DNA of 47,648 bases, the filler included, from Okamejei kenojei (Eukaryota), in assembly GCA_035221665.1 (NCBI GenBank). It is 3 parts of 3 records of this genome, joined end to end, with 100 filler letters (N's around TTAATTAATTAA, not from the genome) between each part and the next. Parts side by side here need not be neighbours in the genome. Positions count along the whole stretch, not along the records: positions 14,155 to 28,283 come from CM069169.1; positions 28,384 to 47,648 come from CM069132.1; 1 more part is not named here. One strand, 5' to 3'. Shown here piece after piece: positions 20,891 through 32,006 of the stretch. How positions within the stretch are numbered: the first letter of the stretch is position 1; every line of letters begins with the position of its first letter. A model generated the notes under the pieces. The model did no database searches, was not told where the DNA came from, and saw nothing but the letters and a program-made list of their open reading frames with translations. A program made the translations under genes and the position numbers.

Positions 20891-23361
20891 GTAAGTTATT
20901 TTTCTTGATTAGTCGGGAGTATAAATAAACTTGGTTAAAGTCTGCTCAAAACAAATTCTAATATAGCACTAACATAAGCAGCAGTGGAATAATCAGTGAG
21001 GCTTAGGTGGAGAGCGATGAAGAAACTGGCCTGGTTTGGAAAGGCTTATTTGCTTGTTCCGTTTCAATAACACTCACATTTTATGCAGTTATCTCTTTGA
21101 ATCACGGAAAAATAATAAACTACAGAAATAAACTCCCCCCACATAAATTATGGGGAGAAGGCAGGAGAATGGGGTTCGGAGGGAGAGATAGATCAGGCAT
21201 GATCAAATGGGGAAGTAGACTCGATGGGCCGAATGGCCTAATTGTACTCCTATCACGCATTACCTTATGACATAGCTCAAGAAACAGGACCTTTTGAAAG
21301 TTTTCTACGTAACATTGATGCCAGAGTAGTACCAGGCAATGATGTGTCTCACAAAGAGAGGCATGTCTGACCAACTCTTGACATTGTGTCATTATCATTG
21401 CTGGGTTAGACTACCATCAATATCCTGGACATCCAAGTCAACCGGAGCAGCCACGTGAAGCCATGACAATAAGATGCAGCCCTGTGCGAGTGACGTACCT
21501 CCTGACGCCTCCGAGCTTTTCCAGCAAGTGAATGGTACAAGTCCAGACCATTATGGAATCATTTCCACTTGTCTGGATGAGTGCAGCCGCAGCAACTACA
21601 AGAGGTTCAACACCGTCAGAATGGCCCAGTGGTGCAGTTAACACCCCTGCTGCTGACAGCTCCAGCAACTCGGGTTCAATCCTCCAGTACCGTTTGTGTG
21701 GAGATTGCCTCTTCTCCCTGTGACTGCATGGGTTTCCTCTGAGTGCTCCAGTTTTCTACCACATCCCAAAGATTGGTTGGTTAATTGGCCAACTGGTTTA
21801 TGTCCTATGTTATGTACAAAATGTATTACGGATATTCATCTGGGCTATTTGGACTGCACTGACCAAACCCGCGAGCTCCACCAACAAGAAAGGCAAGGGC
21901 AGCTGGCCTGGGAGAATAGTGGCACTTGCAGATTCCCCTCCAAGTTGCATACATTTTGATTTCGAAATATATCTCTGGGTTTAAATGTTAAAAATTCCTA
22001 CCCAACAGCATTGTGGGAGTACCAGGAGGCCTAGATTTGTTAGAGGATGGGCAATAAATGATGGCCTTGCCAGTGACACCCAGATATACAGAATAAGACA
22101 GTATCAATATATTTCAGTTATTTTTATTGCTGAGCCGCTAACTCTCACTTTCACTTGCTTGTCGAAACATGTACAGTGTTCAATTTAAGGTGCAAGTTAA
22201 TAATTGAGTGTTGAAAGAGTTGACTAATGACTTTATGTAACACAAAGGAGAAGAGAGTGTAATCTAAGAATCGTTTAAAAAATAATAAGGGTAAATTGTT
22301 TTGAAGTATTTCACCCACAGCTCCAAATGATTTTGGATTTATTTCTATTCTACTGAAGGAGCTTAGTGAGGTGTACAAGATCATGAGCAGCATGGGTAAA
22401 GTGAATACTCTCGGTCTTTTCTGGAGGACGTTGGCCTAAGATGAGAAGGGAGAAGGTTAAGAGAGACCTTGGGCAACTTTTGCTCTCAGTGGGTAGTCCA
22501 TATCTAGAATAAGCTGCCAGGAGAAGCTGTAGAAGCACATTATGACTTTTGTAAGGTATCTGGACAATGATATGAATAGGAAGGGTTTAGGGGGTGATGG
22601 GCCAAATGGGACTATGGCAGCATTGGCATGGGCAAGGTGGGACAAAAGGACAGTTGCCATGCTGTACAGCTCTATGAATTACTTAGATGTTGAACTGTGT
22701 GGGAATCCTCAAAATGTAATTGAGTATAGAGCTGGAATTTAGATAGTTAAATTTTATTTGTCTAATCCCAAAGATGCAGACAGCCCTCTGATACTCACCT
22801 AATAGCTATTATTTGTGCACTAGTCTTTTACCACAGCAGCATTACAACTAAGCTTAATCATGATTTTGTGAATGGGTTTGTACAGCATATATCACACCAT
22901 CGGGACATTCCAAAGTATTCTACACCTAATGAAGTATTTTTGAAATGTAGTCACAGTTGCGGGTATATAGTTTAACTTTCTTTCTAAATGATGGCAGCTT
23001 TTGATGGTGCAGCACTTCCTAATTACTGCAAGGAATTACCACCTTGAATTAAATGCTCCATTTGATGTATAGTTGAGCATGATTCCTGGGACTGAAAGTT
23101 GGGATGGAAATCCAGGATTCTCTACCCAGCATTTCCTTTCCCTGCAACATGCAGTCTGCCCTGTCTAACCCAGGGAAAAGATGGTATTTGTTGCCTGAGC
23201 TGCTGAGCTCCAAGGGTTAGGACACATCCTGAAGTACCTAGGTGTATGGCTTAGCCTATAATGGTCATTGTGTTTACTCATGGCGATTAAGTCCCGATTG
23301 CTTAAGCTGTTAAATCCTGAGAAATCTGCTTATTATTCACTATTAATACTGCACTTTACAG

Positions 23362-23467
23362 GATTGACAAAGATTCTGTGAATCTAGAAAAATCTCCTGC
23401 TTTTTCCAAAGAAGATGAAGCTTTCAGAGAAAAGATGGCAAGATCATCACTCGTAAAAGTAGCTGAT
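23362..23467 (+). CDS. MYO9A: Myosin IXa tail exon
   Basis: ttacag|(K)IDKDSVNLEKSPAFSKEDEAFREKMARSSLVKVAD|gtaagc; phase 2/0 restores the frame between the flanking exons. Confidence 0.75.
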
Positions 23468-24233
23468 GTAAGCAATTTAATCTTGTTTGGTAGATTGTGA
23501 AATTGTGGATATGATGATGGAGGTGGTGAAGGGAGCACAAGTCTGTGGTGAATGAGGTTTATTCAAATTTAATCTTGTACAATGCCCAGCTGTGGAACAT
23601 AACAAGATCACAGCTTCTGGAGATTTGTGATCCTTTACCCATGAGTTTTCATAATAAGCATGAAACGATTCAATCTTTAAATTTGATTTCTTAATAATTT
23701 TCTTATCCCCGCACCCCTATTCCCTCGACAAGCAAACTGTTTTGTGTAGATTGTCATGGGTTCTACGGGAGAAAGTGTTGCTACATCAATCCCAAAGAGC
23801 TGCTGTTCATGAGTAAATTGGAGTGTTGAATGTTATCAGTCTTTGACTGGGCGTGGATGGGGGCTCCTAATCAAAACTCAATTCAGTCACCATCAGCCGC
23901 CCTAACTTTACTTTTCAGCTGAAATTACGGTAGGGTCACCAGAGGAAAGAACGTTCAATAATCCAGCAGTTATGCCATGTAACATGAAATGCCCTGACCT
24001 GTACACCCTAACGTTACTACATATGGTCCTACTGTTCACAAGGTTCTTTGTATGTTTATGTTAAGCATCTCAATAGCTTTGACATCTTGCAGTATTTACG
24101 ATCTTCACTACTATAACTTGCCTTTTCTTTTGCCATTCGTGTGTGTTGTGTAATCTTCCTCGGGGCTCATGGCGACCCATTGCGTCATTTGGAGTGACAT
24201 GTTTTGATTTTTGTATGTTATTCGGTCAATCAG

Positions 24234-24446
24234 GTTACAAGACCAGTGCACAAAAAGAGAGCCCGTATGGCGCGGACCCGCTCTGATTTCTTGACTAGGA
24301 GCACTAACGCTGAAGGGGAAGGAGAGACTGAGGAAGAGGAGCATGATGACCCCTCCAATGAACCCCCTCCCTCCCCCAACCAACCTAGATCTGAGCTGAG
24401 GGCCAAGGACAGTGCCGGACAGGCCTGTTACAGTGACTCAGAAATG
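24234..24446 (+). CDS. MYO9A: Myosin IXa 213-nt tail exon
   Basis: cag|VTRPVHKKRARMARTRSDFLTRSTNAEGEGETEEEE..GQACYSDSEM|gtaa; matches the MYO9A-specific KKKARMARTRSDFLTR..HSDSEM insert. Confidence 0.92.
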
Positions 24447-27400
24447 GTAAATAAATTATGGCCAGTTGGGTGCGAGACAAATCTGGGAGGATCTCTTTGC
24501 TAACCCTTACTCTGGAGTAGAAAGCAATACTGACATCTGGAACTGCTTAACCTCTCTCACCTATCCGATTTTAGAAGGTAACACTCAATACTTGAGCACA
24601 ATGCCCTTCCCTGTGGATTACGGTGTCATATTAACTCTGTTGTGTACTGCAGTTAAATTTCTATACACATAGGTAATGACGCCCTGAACCCAAAAGATTT
24701 TCCAGCTTGTTTGTTGTGCGCAATTTTAGTTGGATTAATAACAATGATCCAATTGTTAAATTTCAGCAGACCAAGGTATAATGCGCACAACCCACATTAT
24801 ATGTATTGTGTAGGATTTATTTTTAATAATGAAGTGCGGATTTTACGGCCAGATCCCTGAATTCATGAACCAAATTACCAAGTTTCTCTGCAGAATCTAC
24901 AAAAAACATAAAATACTGGAAATACTCAGCAGGTAGCTTTTGTAAAATAGAAACATTGTTAGTTAATAATTGCTACCAATTCAGGTTAATGACCTTTTAT
25001 ACCTGAGTATTTACAGCACTTTCTGTTTTAATTTCAGATTTGCAGCAACTGGAGATTTTTTAGTTTAAATTTCCACAGATTATGATGTGCTAAGCTTGTT
25101 TCTGAACCTTCACAAAGAAATTGTGTTGGTAGTCGTTAAGGCAAGGAACATTATTACTCACATTTGGTCTCTTGCCTGAGAATTTATATATTTTATATTT
25201 GGTAAATTTTACGAACTCAACATGCAGAACTTGCGTAACAATATTCATGTGCTTCCTATTGAAGCACTCATCTCTTGAATCATTCACTTTGTGTCATTAG
25301 TTCCACAACTAATTACGCTGGTTGTTGTAGCTTTTCAACCTAAATAAACTCAATTGAAGCGATGCCTTTGGTGAACTGCGGCAGAACCAACTTCACAAGA
25401 AACTACTGCAGCCATCCAAAGAACAAGGAAAGGGAGATATGAGATGTCCCACAAAGCAAAGGATATATTGAGTAATGTTCTTTTGAATCTGATTGAGTGT
25501 TTCCTTTTAAAACAGTCATATATTTGGCACTTTGATAACTCTTGCATTGGAAATCCAAGCTCAACTCTAGAAGATATAATCACCCTGTCCTTGAACTGGA
25601 TGTGGGCCATTCCATTCCAAAGGCAATCTTCCTCACTAGCACTTACTACCTCCCTGGATATTGCCCATCACAGTTGATTTTATTCACCAAATTACCGCTT
25701 GTCACATCTCAACTAATCACACTGCTTGGGTTGCACTTACACGTCTACTTTGCCTCTTTCACACGTAACATCTAAAATCAATTTATATTCTAATGTCTGA
25801 GTTTTATTAACAGCATGTGGGGTAGCTACCATCTCTTTATTTCCTTTCACTGGCAATTTTGGTGCTGAAAATTTTAATTTCAACTTTTTAATAAGAGTGA
25901 AGTGTCAATATTGGTTAATATGAATATTTTACATGTTGTTACTCTTGTGGATGTTTTACATTATGGTTGCAATTTCATTTCCTACCCAAAGGTTATCAAA
26001 CAATTTCTGACAAGGTAGGTCATGTGTGGACTAAGGGCCGTATTTTATAAGGTACTAGATTCATTCAGGAAGTTATGCTGCCACCTGTGTCTGACTCCCC
26101 ATCCCCAACCCTCTAATCCATGGCACTATCGATGAAGCACACTTTCATCCCAATTACATTGCTTGTTATAGTATAAAAATGGAGAGAGTTAAGCAGGTCA
26201 GGCCTCATCTGTGGAAAGAGAAAGTTAATGTTTTGTTGCCTTGTATGTGGCAATCTGTTAGATGGAGTCGGGTATTGATGCTGCATAGATTGCTAAAGTT
26301 GAATTGTAATGCATATACAGTGTATGAAGGGCGTGGTTATTCAGCCATGTATTATGTCCCTCTACTCTTACAGCCTGATGGATTCCAAACTGGCCACTTT
26401 GTACCCACTTGGAAATTGTGCAGGGTAAGAATATTATAAGCAAACAAAAATAGACTGCAAGATTCCAGCATTTGCAGCTTCTTCCTTCTCCACTTTAGTT
26501 TACTTTCTAATAGCAGCTCGTAATCAGATCTAAAGTAAAGCTCTTCCTGGTATAAGTGATGAGATCTAATTAAAACAACATTGTTCAGCTGTTTGGTTGT
26601 CAGTCAGTTCATTAGATGCTTGGTGCGGAGAAGACAAGGCAAATTATTGACCGTTGAAGTAAAATTCCAAGTTATGCACAAGCTTAGTGTTCACTTGGTG
26701 AAAGAAACTGCAGGATGTCTTTGGTGGTAATCACAGCTTCTTCATTTTAAAATCAATGAAGTGCAGAGGATTGGTTCAACACACATTCTACACTATTACT
26801 GATATAACAGGGGATTTTTTTAAATGTATGACTCAATTAAGGTACTTGAACTTTATTTGTTTTTTGCCTGACATTCTTAATTAATCATCATGGATAGTAA
26901 GTCTCTACTGATTGATCAGACATTACGTAGCTGGAAGCTTTCTCCAAACATGATCACAGACAGGAGTGTCAGTATTATAGTTGTACCCCTGAATGTTTCC
27001 CACCGTTTGTTAAACTTTATTACAATTCCCGTGACAAGGCTGAATAATGCCCTTTTACAAATGTGGATGAGGGGTAATAAACGCTCACATTTTCCAAACG
27101 GTTCAAAGGGTCTGACAAAAGAATGTCTTCACAGAGTTTGAGCAGAGAGGATTTGCAGATCTCACATCCTTGAAATATTATTTAAGGTGACCACAAAGAA
27201 GTATGTTTAATGTTTATGGAGTGGCACAGTTGAAGCTACAGAGATAATTGGGTAAATCTGACATCCTTTGTGACAAGAGTTAGGAGAGGCCTGGCTGAAT
27301 GTCACTTGCACAGACACATTGTTCTGCCAATAATTTATTTCCCCATCCTGTCTTAAGCTCCCCTCCCAAAAGATTGCCGTTGCTTTGGCTATGTGTTAGA

Positions 27401-28283
27401 ATGTAGAGGACGTATTTTGTAGCAGATTGTCGTGGAGTGCAGTGCAAGATGGGGGTGTACCTTATGAACAAAGCAGTATGTCTGTACAATGGTGCAGATT
27501 TTTGCAAGAGGCATATTCCCGCATTGTCCTTAAATTAACTCGAGAATTAGGTGTAAACCATGCTGCCTCTTGAACATGGAACATCGAACAGCACAACAGG
27601 GGAACAGCACCTCCGGCCCACAATATCTGTGCCGAACATGATGCCAAGACCAACTCTTATCTGCCTGCACATAATCAATATCCCTCTATTCCCTGCATAT
27701 TTATGGGCCTATGCAAAAGTCTCTTAATTTTTATGCCACTGCCGTATCTGCCCTGACTTTTAGGTTCTTGACTTCTAATAAGTTGGGGTGTGTTTTGTGA
27801 AATAGTTTCAGATAAAGGAGAAAACATGCTTGTTAGTGATTCAAAAGTGATAACATTGAGGTTTAATTTCAATTTTGTATGAATTTGATTTGGTTTTTTT
27901 AAATCAATCGCAGCAATTATTTCTACAGCTCAGTTTTGGGGGTAACATTTCCTTTGAAGTCAAAACCTGGATCTTTACGTGAACAAGGACAATCTGATCT
28001 CCCCTCTCCGAATTTGAACCTGCTGATTGCTGCATGGACAAGTGTGCAGTGAGACCGGTCACCAGCCAATACTAATGACACACTGCCACCCTCAGGCTTC
28101 CATGGGCACTAGCTGTCTTCTTTCACATGTAACCCATGATAGATAACCTTTGCATTGTTTCATAGCAGCTGCTCGTCCTTTGTTCAAATCATTCATATAA
28201 TTTAAGTGTATAGAATTTGAGTGGGTATGAAAAACGATTTATAATTTATTAAAATAATATCTTTACAAAAAAAAGTACAGGAT

Positions 28284-28383
28284 NNNNNNNNNNNNNNNNN
28301 NNNNNNNNNNNNNNNNNNNNNNNNNNNTTAATTAATTAANNNNNNNNNNNNNNNNNNNNNNNNNNNNNNNNNNNNNNNNNNNN
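28284..28383. other. Artificial contig-joining linker
   Basis: 44 N + TTAATTAATTAA + 44 N. Confidence 0.97.
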
Positions 28384-28522
28384 AAGGATGGGTCTGGCAA
28401 CCTTCAGACACAGCTGTGTCAGAATCCTCTCTCCAGCCCCTCTCAGTTCGGATTCTCTTTAAAACTCCTTACTTTAATGGGGTTTAATCACTTTATCCCT
28501 CACAATCCTCCCTTTTTCTTTT
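28384..28522 (-). repeat. 3' LTR (first 121 bp, 28384-28504) and polypurine tract (28505-28522)
   Basis: Minus strand AAAAGAAAAAGGGAGGAT|TGTGAGGG...; identical to 34722-34842. Confidence 0.95.
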
Positions 28523-28608
28523 GCTACGCATACACTGATTAAACCCTCATTTCAAGTTCCCTCAACTCGAACTGACGTAACATTGTCCTAACCTTCTCTT
28601 CCTGTAAA

Positions 28609-30343
28609 TCATGAACCTCCCCTGGCCGCATTATCATTATTCTCTGTATTTCCCCTCTCTCTCCCATAGGCATGACTACCGCCTGCATCTGACATACTTC
28701 TGGTAATAAGTTCCCTAAAACAAGGGATGCAACAGGGGATAAAGATCAGTCCAGCCACTGCACATAGAAACACAAGTCCCACCGTTCTCCACCATGTTCC
28801 TCCGAGGATGGAATCCCACCATTGGGTTCCCATAATCGAATTCCACTTTTGTATTGGAACATGTGCCAACTTACGGATCCCTTCTGATATGTCCATCATT
28901 GCCTGTCCATTATCATCGATGTTCAAACAGCAATTAGAGAGGTTGAATTTCCCGCATACCCCTCCTTCTTCTGCCAGGAGGTAATCTAGGGCTAACCTGT
29001 TCTGGTATATCACTGCTCTCATCTGCGTCTGCTGCTTTGCCAGCATTTCCAGCGCCCCCGCAGTTTGGTTGGTAATTACTTCCAGTACTGCCTGAAGCCT
29101 TATGATCCGGTTTAACATGTATACTGGTGTTCGGTAGCCCCAGGATCCATCCTGTGCCCAAGTGGCTGGTCCGTAGTATGAGATGATTCTTGCTGGTGGC
29201 CATTCATCATCTTTCCATTCTCCAATGTCTATTTTCCTCTTTTTCCGATATAGGTCATCAAATACAGGTGTTCCTAACGACCGGCCTTCTTTGGTGTTTA
29301 ACAGGAAAAATCCAGGTTGTACCAGTCCAATAAAACAAGTCCCACTCCAATTTATCGGTAACACCGAGTATGCCTTGTATCCGCATATCCATGACAGTCC
29401 TTCAGGGGCCGGTCCACTAGAGGCAACCTTGTTCCATATATCTCGCAATACTGGGATCCCCTGATAAGGGTTGTTCCCGGTGCAGTTCCATAGTCCAGCC
29501 GATTCCACTCCATCGGTCTTCATCCAGATAGCGCAGTTTTTCTCGAATTTTTTAGTTAGATACCATTTAGGCTCCTCTGGCCACCACACTCGGGACTGAT
29601 TTGGCCACTGGGTGACGATGAGCTGGCAGGGGCTGCTGCCTACTAGGACGGCATCCTTTGCCCAGGGCCTAGCGATACACTCAGTCCCGACCGGAGCGTC
29701 TGTCAGGACCCATACCTGGGGATCTCGGTCTTGTCCAACTGTCAGGTTCCACTCCATCAGGACCCATACTTCAATAATGGATCCCCTCCACGGCCAACGT
29801 GAACTCATCAGTGGTCCGCCACAGACCCAACAGTTAGTCACATTCAGGATTCCAGCTATCCGGAGGGCCAAGTCCACAAACAGGTTTTTTTCTCCTTCAT
29901 GGATCTCAATCTGCTTCTTTATCTCTTCGTACAGTGTCTGGTGCACTTGAGGCTGAGTAGGTGGGGGAGGGGGAGGCTTAGTGACTACTACTTCTGTAAA
30001 CTCTTTTATTACTTCCTCCTTCATCTTATCTATTGCCCATTTTACGATCTGAAAAGGGAAACCTAACTGTCCTGCCTTGGTTACACAAACCCATCTCTCT
30101 CCCCTTGGGCCCAAACTTCCCTATATACCCCCTATTGCCTACCATCAAATACTCCTTTCCCCCCTCTTCACAAATGGTTCTAGTCTTCCGGTCATGGCAT
30201 ACTTTGTTCACATGGGAATGATAGATAAATGATCTGGTTGTCCGCCCTCTGTATTGGATAGGATGATAACATTTATCACAATTATTAATACCTTTTACCA
30301 CAATTACATACAAAGCAAACAATACCACGACTGCTCCTTTCAT
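28609..30343 (-). CDS. env: ERV3/HERV-I-like envelope glycoprotein with a frameshift near 30110
   Basis: Signal peptide MKGAVVVLFALYVIVV; NLFVDLA..LNVTNCWVCGG (CxxC); furin site RKKR; WPPARII.YYGPATWAQDGSWGYRTP; ISD YQNRLALDYLLAEEGGVC; CX7CC; TM helix. Confidence 0.93.
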
Positions 30344-30351
30344 ACTGTCAG

Positions 30352-30783
30352 TTATACATTCAATGCTTTTTTTAAAATTACTGTTAGGGGTTTGCTTCCT
30401 GGCTTCACCATCCACTGTTCCTCCTCATCAGGAACGGGTGGATCGACGGGTCCTTTAACCCGGATTGCGTGGGTCCACCCTTTTTCTTTTGTTCGTATTG
30501 CTGTCTCGGTTGTCAATAATACTAGGTACGGTCCGGTCCACCTGGGCTGGAGTTTCTCCTCCTTCCAATTCTTGACCAGTACCCAGTCGCCGGCCTTTAC
30601 AGCATGTATTGGAAAGTCGAGTGGTGGGCTTTGAGCCAATAGTCCTTTAGCTTTTAATTCTGTAAGGGAACGAGATACTGCCAGTAAATAGTTCCTTAAG
30701 AATACATCACTGCCCTCTATGGTGGGTATTCCTTCTATCTTTCCCAAATAAGGTAACCCAAACAACATTTCATAGGGGGACAC
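30352..30783 (-). pseudogene. pol: Integrase C-terminal fragment
   Basis: SPYEMLFG..GDWVLVKNWKEEKLQPRWTGPYLVLLTTETAIRT..GWTH (GPY/F module); catalytic core absent. Confidence 0.9.
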
Positions 30784-30799
30784 TGTTAACTTTGCATGG

Positions 30800-31210
30800 G
30801 GTCTCCGTTGCTTTTCTCAAAACCTTTCTGTTTCCCTACTGCTCCAAACATGTGCCAGACTCCATGTACATATGCTGCTCTTAAAGCCTTAATTTCTGCC
30901 AATTGAGCTAAGCAAGATTGCAGGCAAGCTTCAAATTTGATCCTGCGCTATAGCTTTTACTTCTTTAGATATTACTCGTCCAAAATATTCTCCCTGCTGC
31001 TGACAAAACAAAAACTTCTTCCTTAATACATCATGACCTCCTGTGCCACCTTTTCCAAGATAATTACAATGTCTCTCTCTCACATTGCTCCTCACTTGTG
31101 GAACAAACCAACAAATCATTCACATACTATATCAACACCTTCCAAATCTGCCTACGACATCTGATTAAAAACACGGCGCTAGTATTTAAAACGCTGCCGC
31201 ATCCTAGCCT
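30800..31210 (-). pseudogene. pol: Heavily decayed RT and RNase H fragments
   Basis: RMRQRFKY*RRVFNQ (from MPQGFKHSP), I*YVNDLLVCS (from YVDD), GGHDV..FCQQQGEYFGRVI, AQLAEIKAL..AYVHGVWHMFGAV. Confidence 0.8.
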
Positions 31211-31284
31211 AGGTGTATTTAATACCTCTTCTTAATGTTCTTACCATAGCTATGTTCACCATTATCTTAATATTATTATTAAGA

Positions 31285-31286
<2 letters not shown>

Positions 31287-31328
<42 letters not shown>
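31287..31328. repeat. (TTA)n microsatellite inside the ERV
   Basis: About 13 TTA units. Confidence 0.95.
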
Positions 31329-31740
31329 TCCTGATTATCGTACCTGTTCACATCCCCAACACACCTTATCCATTACCTATCTCCTTACAAGTGTTGTCTG
31401 GGCTTAGATCCAGATTTATTTCACTCCCGATAGGGCATTTGAGAAAACAGTCTCCCAAATACATTTATTATTGGCATGGAATCTCTGGCCCCTGTTTGGC
31501 TCTGTCATAGGACTCACTGTGTGTCGGTGCATCAGTTATTTCAGATTTTTCAACCAGGTCTGTTGTTACTGACAACATTGTCTTTCCTTTTTCACGCTCT
31601 TTCTTTCTAAAGCAGTCTCATCAATTTATCCCTCTGCTTCCCACTTTAATCCTTTCTGATCTGCCTTCTTTCTCATTCTAAACTCAATGTCTTACTTCTC
31701 AGATAGTTTATCCTCCTTTGCAAATTTATTCACCTTCCTT

Positions 31741-32006
31741 TTAAAATCTTCCACTGACTTCTCGATCCTCATATTTTACCACCACCCCTTCTACCTCGGG
31801 TAATGTCATCACTTTCCCTCCTACCCCCGAGATTCTGACTTGTTTTTCACCTAATCCAATTTCTTCTGGTATCTTAGTTCCACTTGATCTCTCCACTCCC
31901 AAATTACCATAAATACCATATCCTCTCCCTGGGGTCCTAATTTCAAGTTTACCAGAGGTTCCCGTGTGTATCCCATACACCCCAGGGAGCGGAACCCCTG
32001 ACTCCC
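31741..32006 (-). pseudogene. pro: Retroviral protease remnant
   Basis: Follows the gag TAG; LGVERS (DTG lost), ISGVGG flap motif. Confidence 0.7.

Noticed and set aside
23900-23936. Possible MYO9A micro-exon after CCTAAC-pyrimidine-CAG
   Set aside because: 11 nt to the next GT would shift the frame, read-through hits TAG, and the donor is weak
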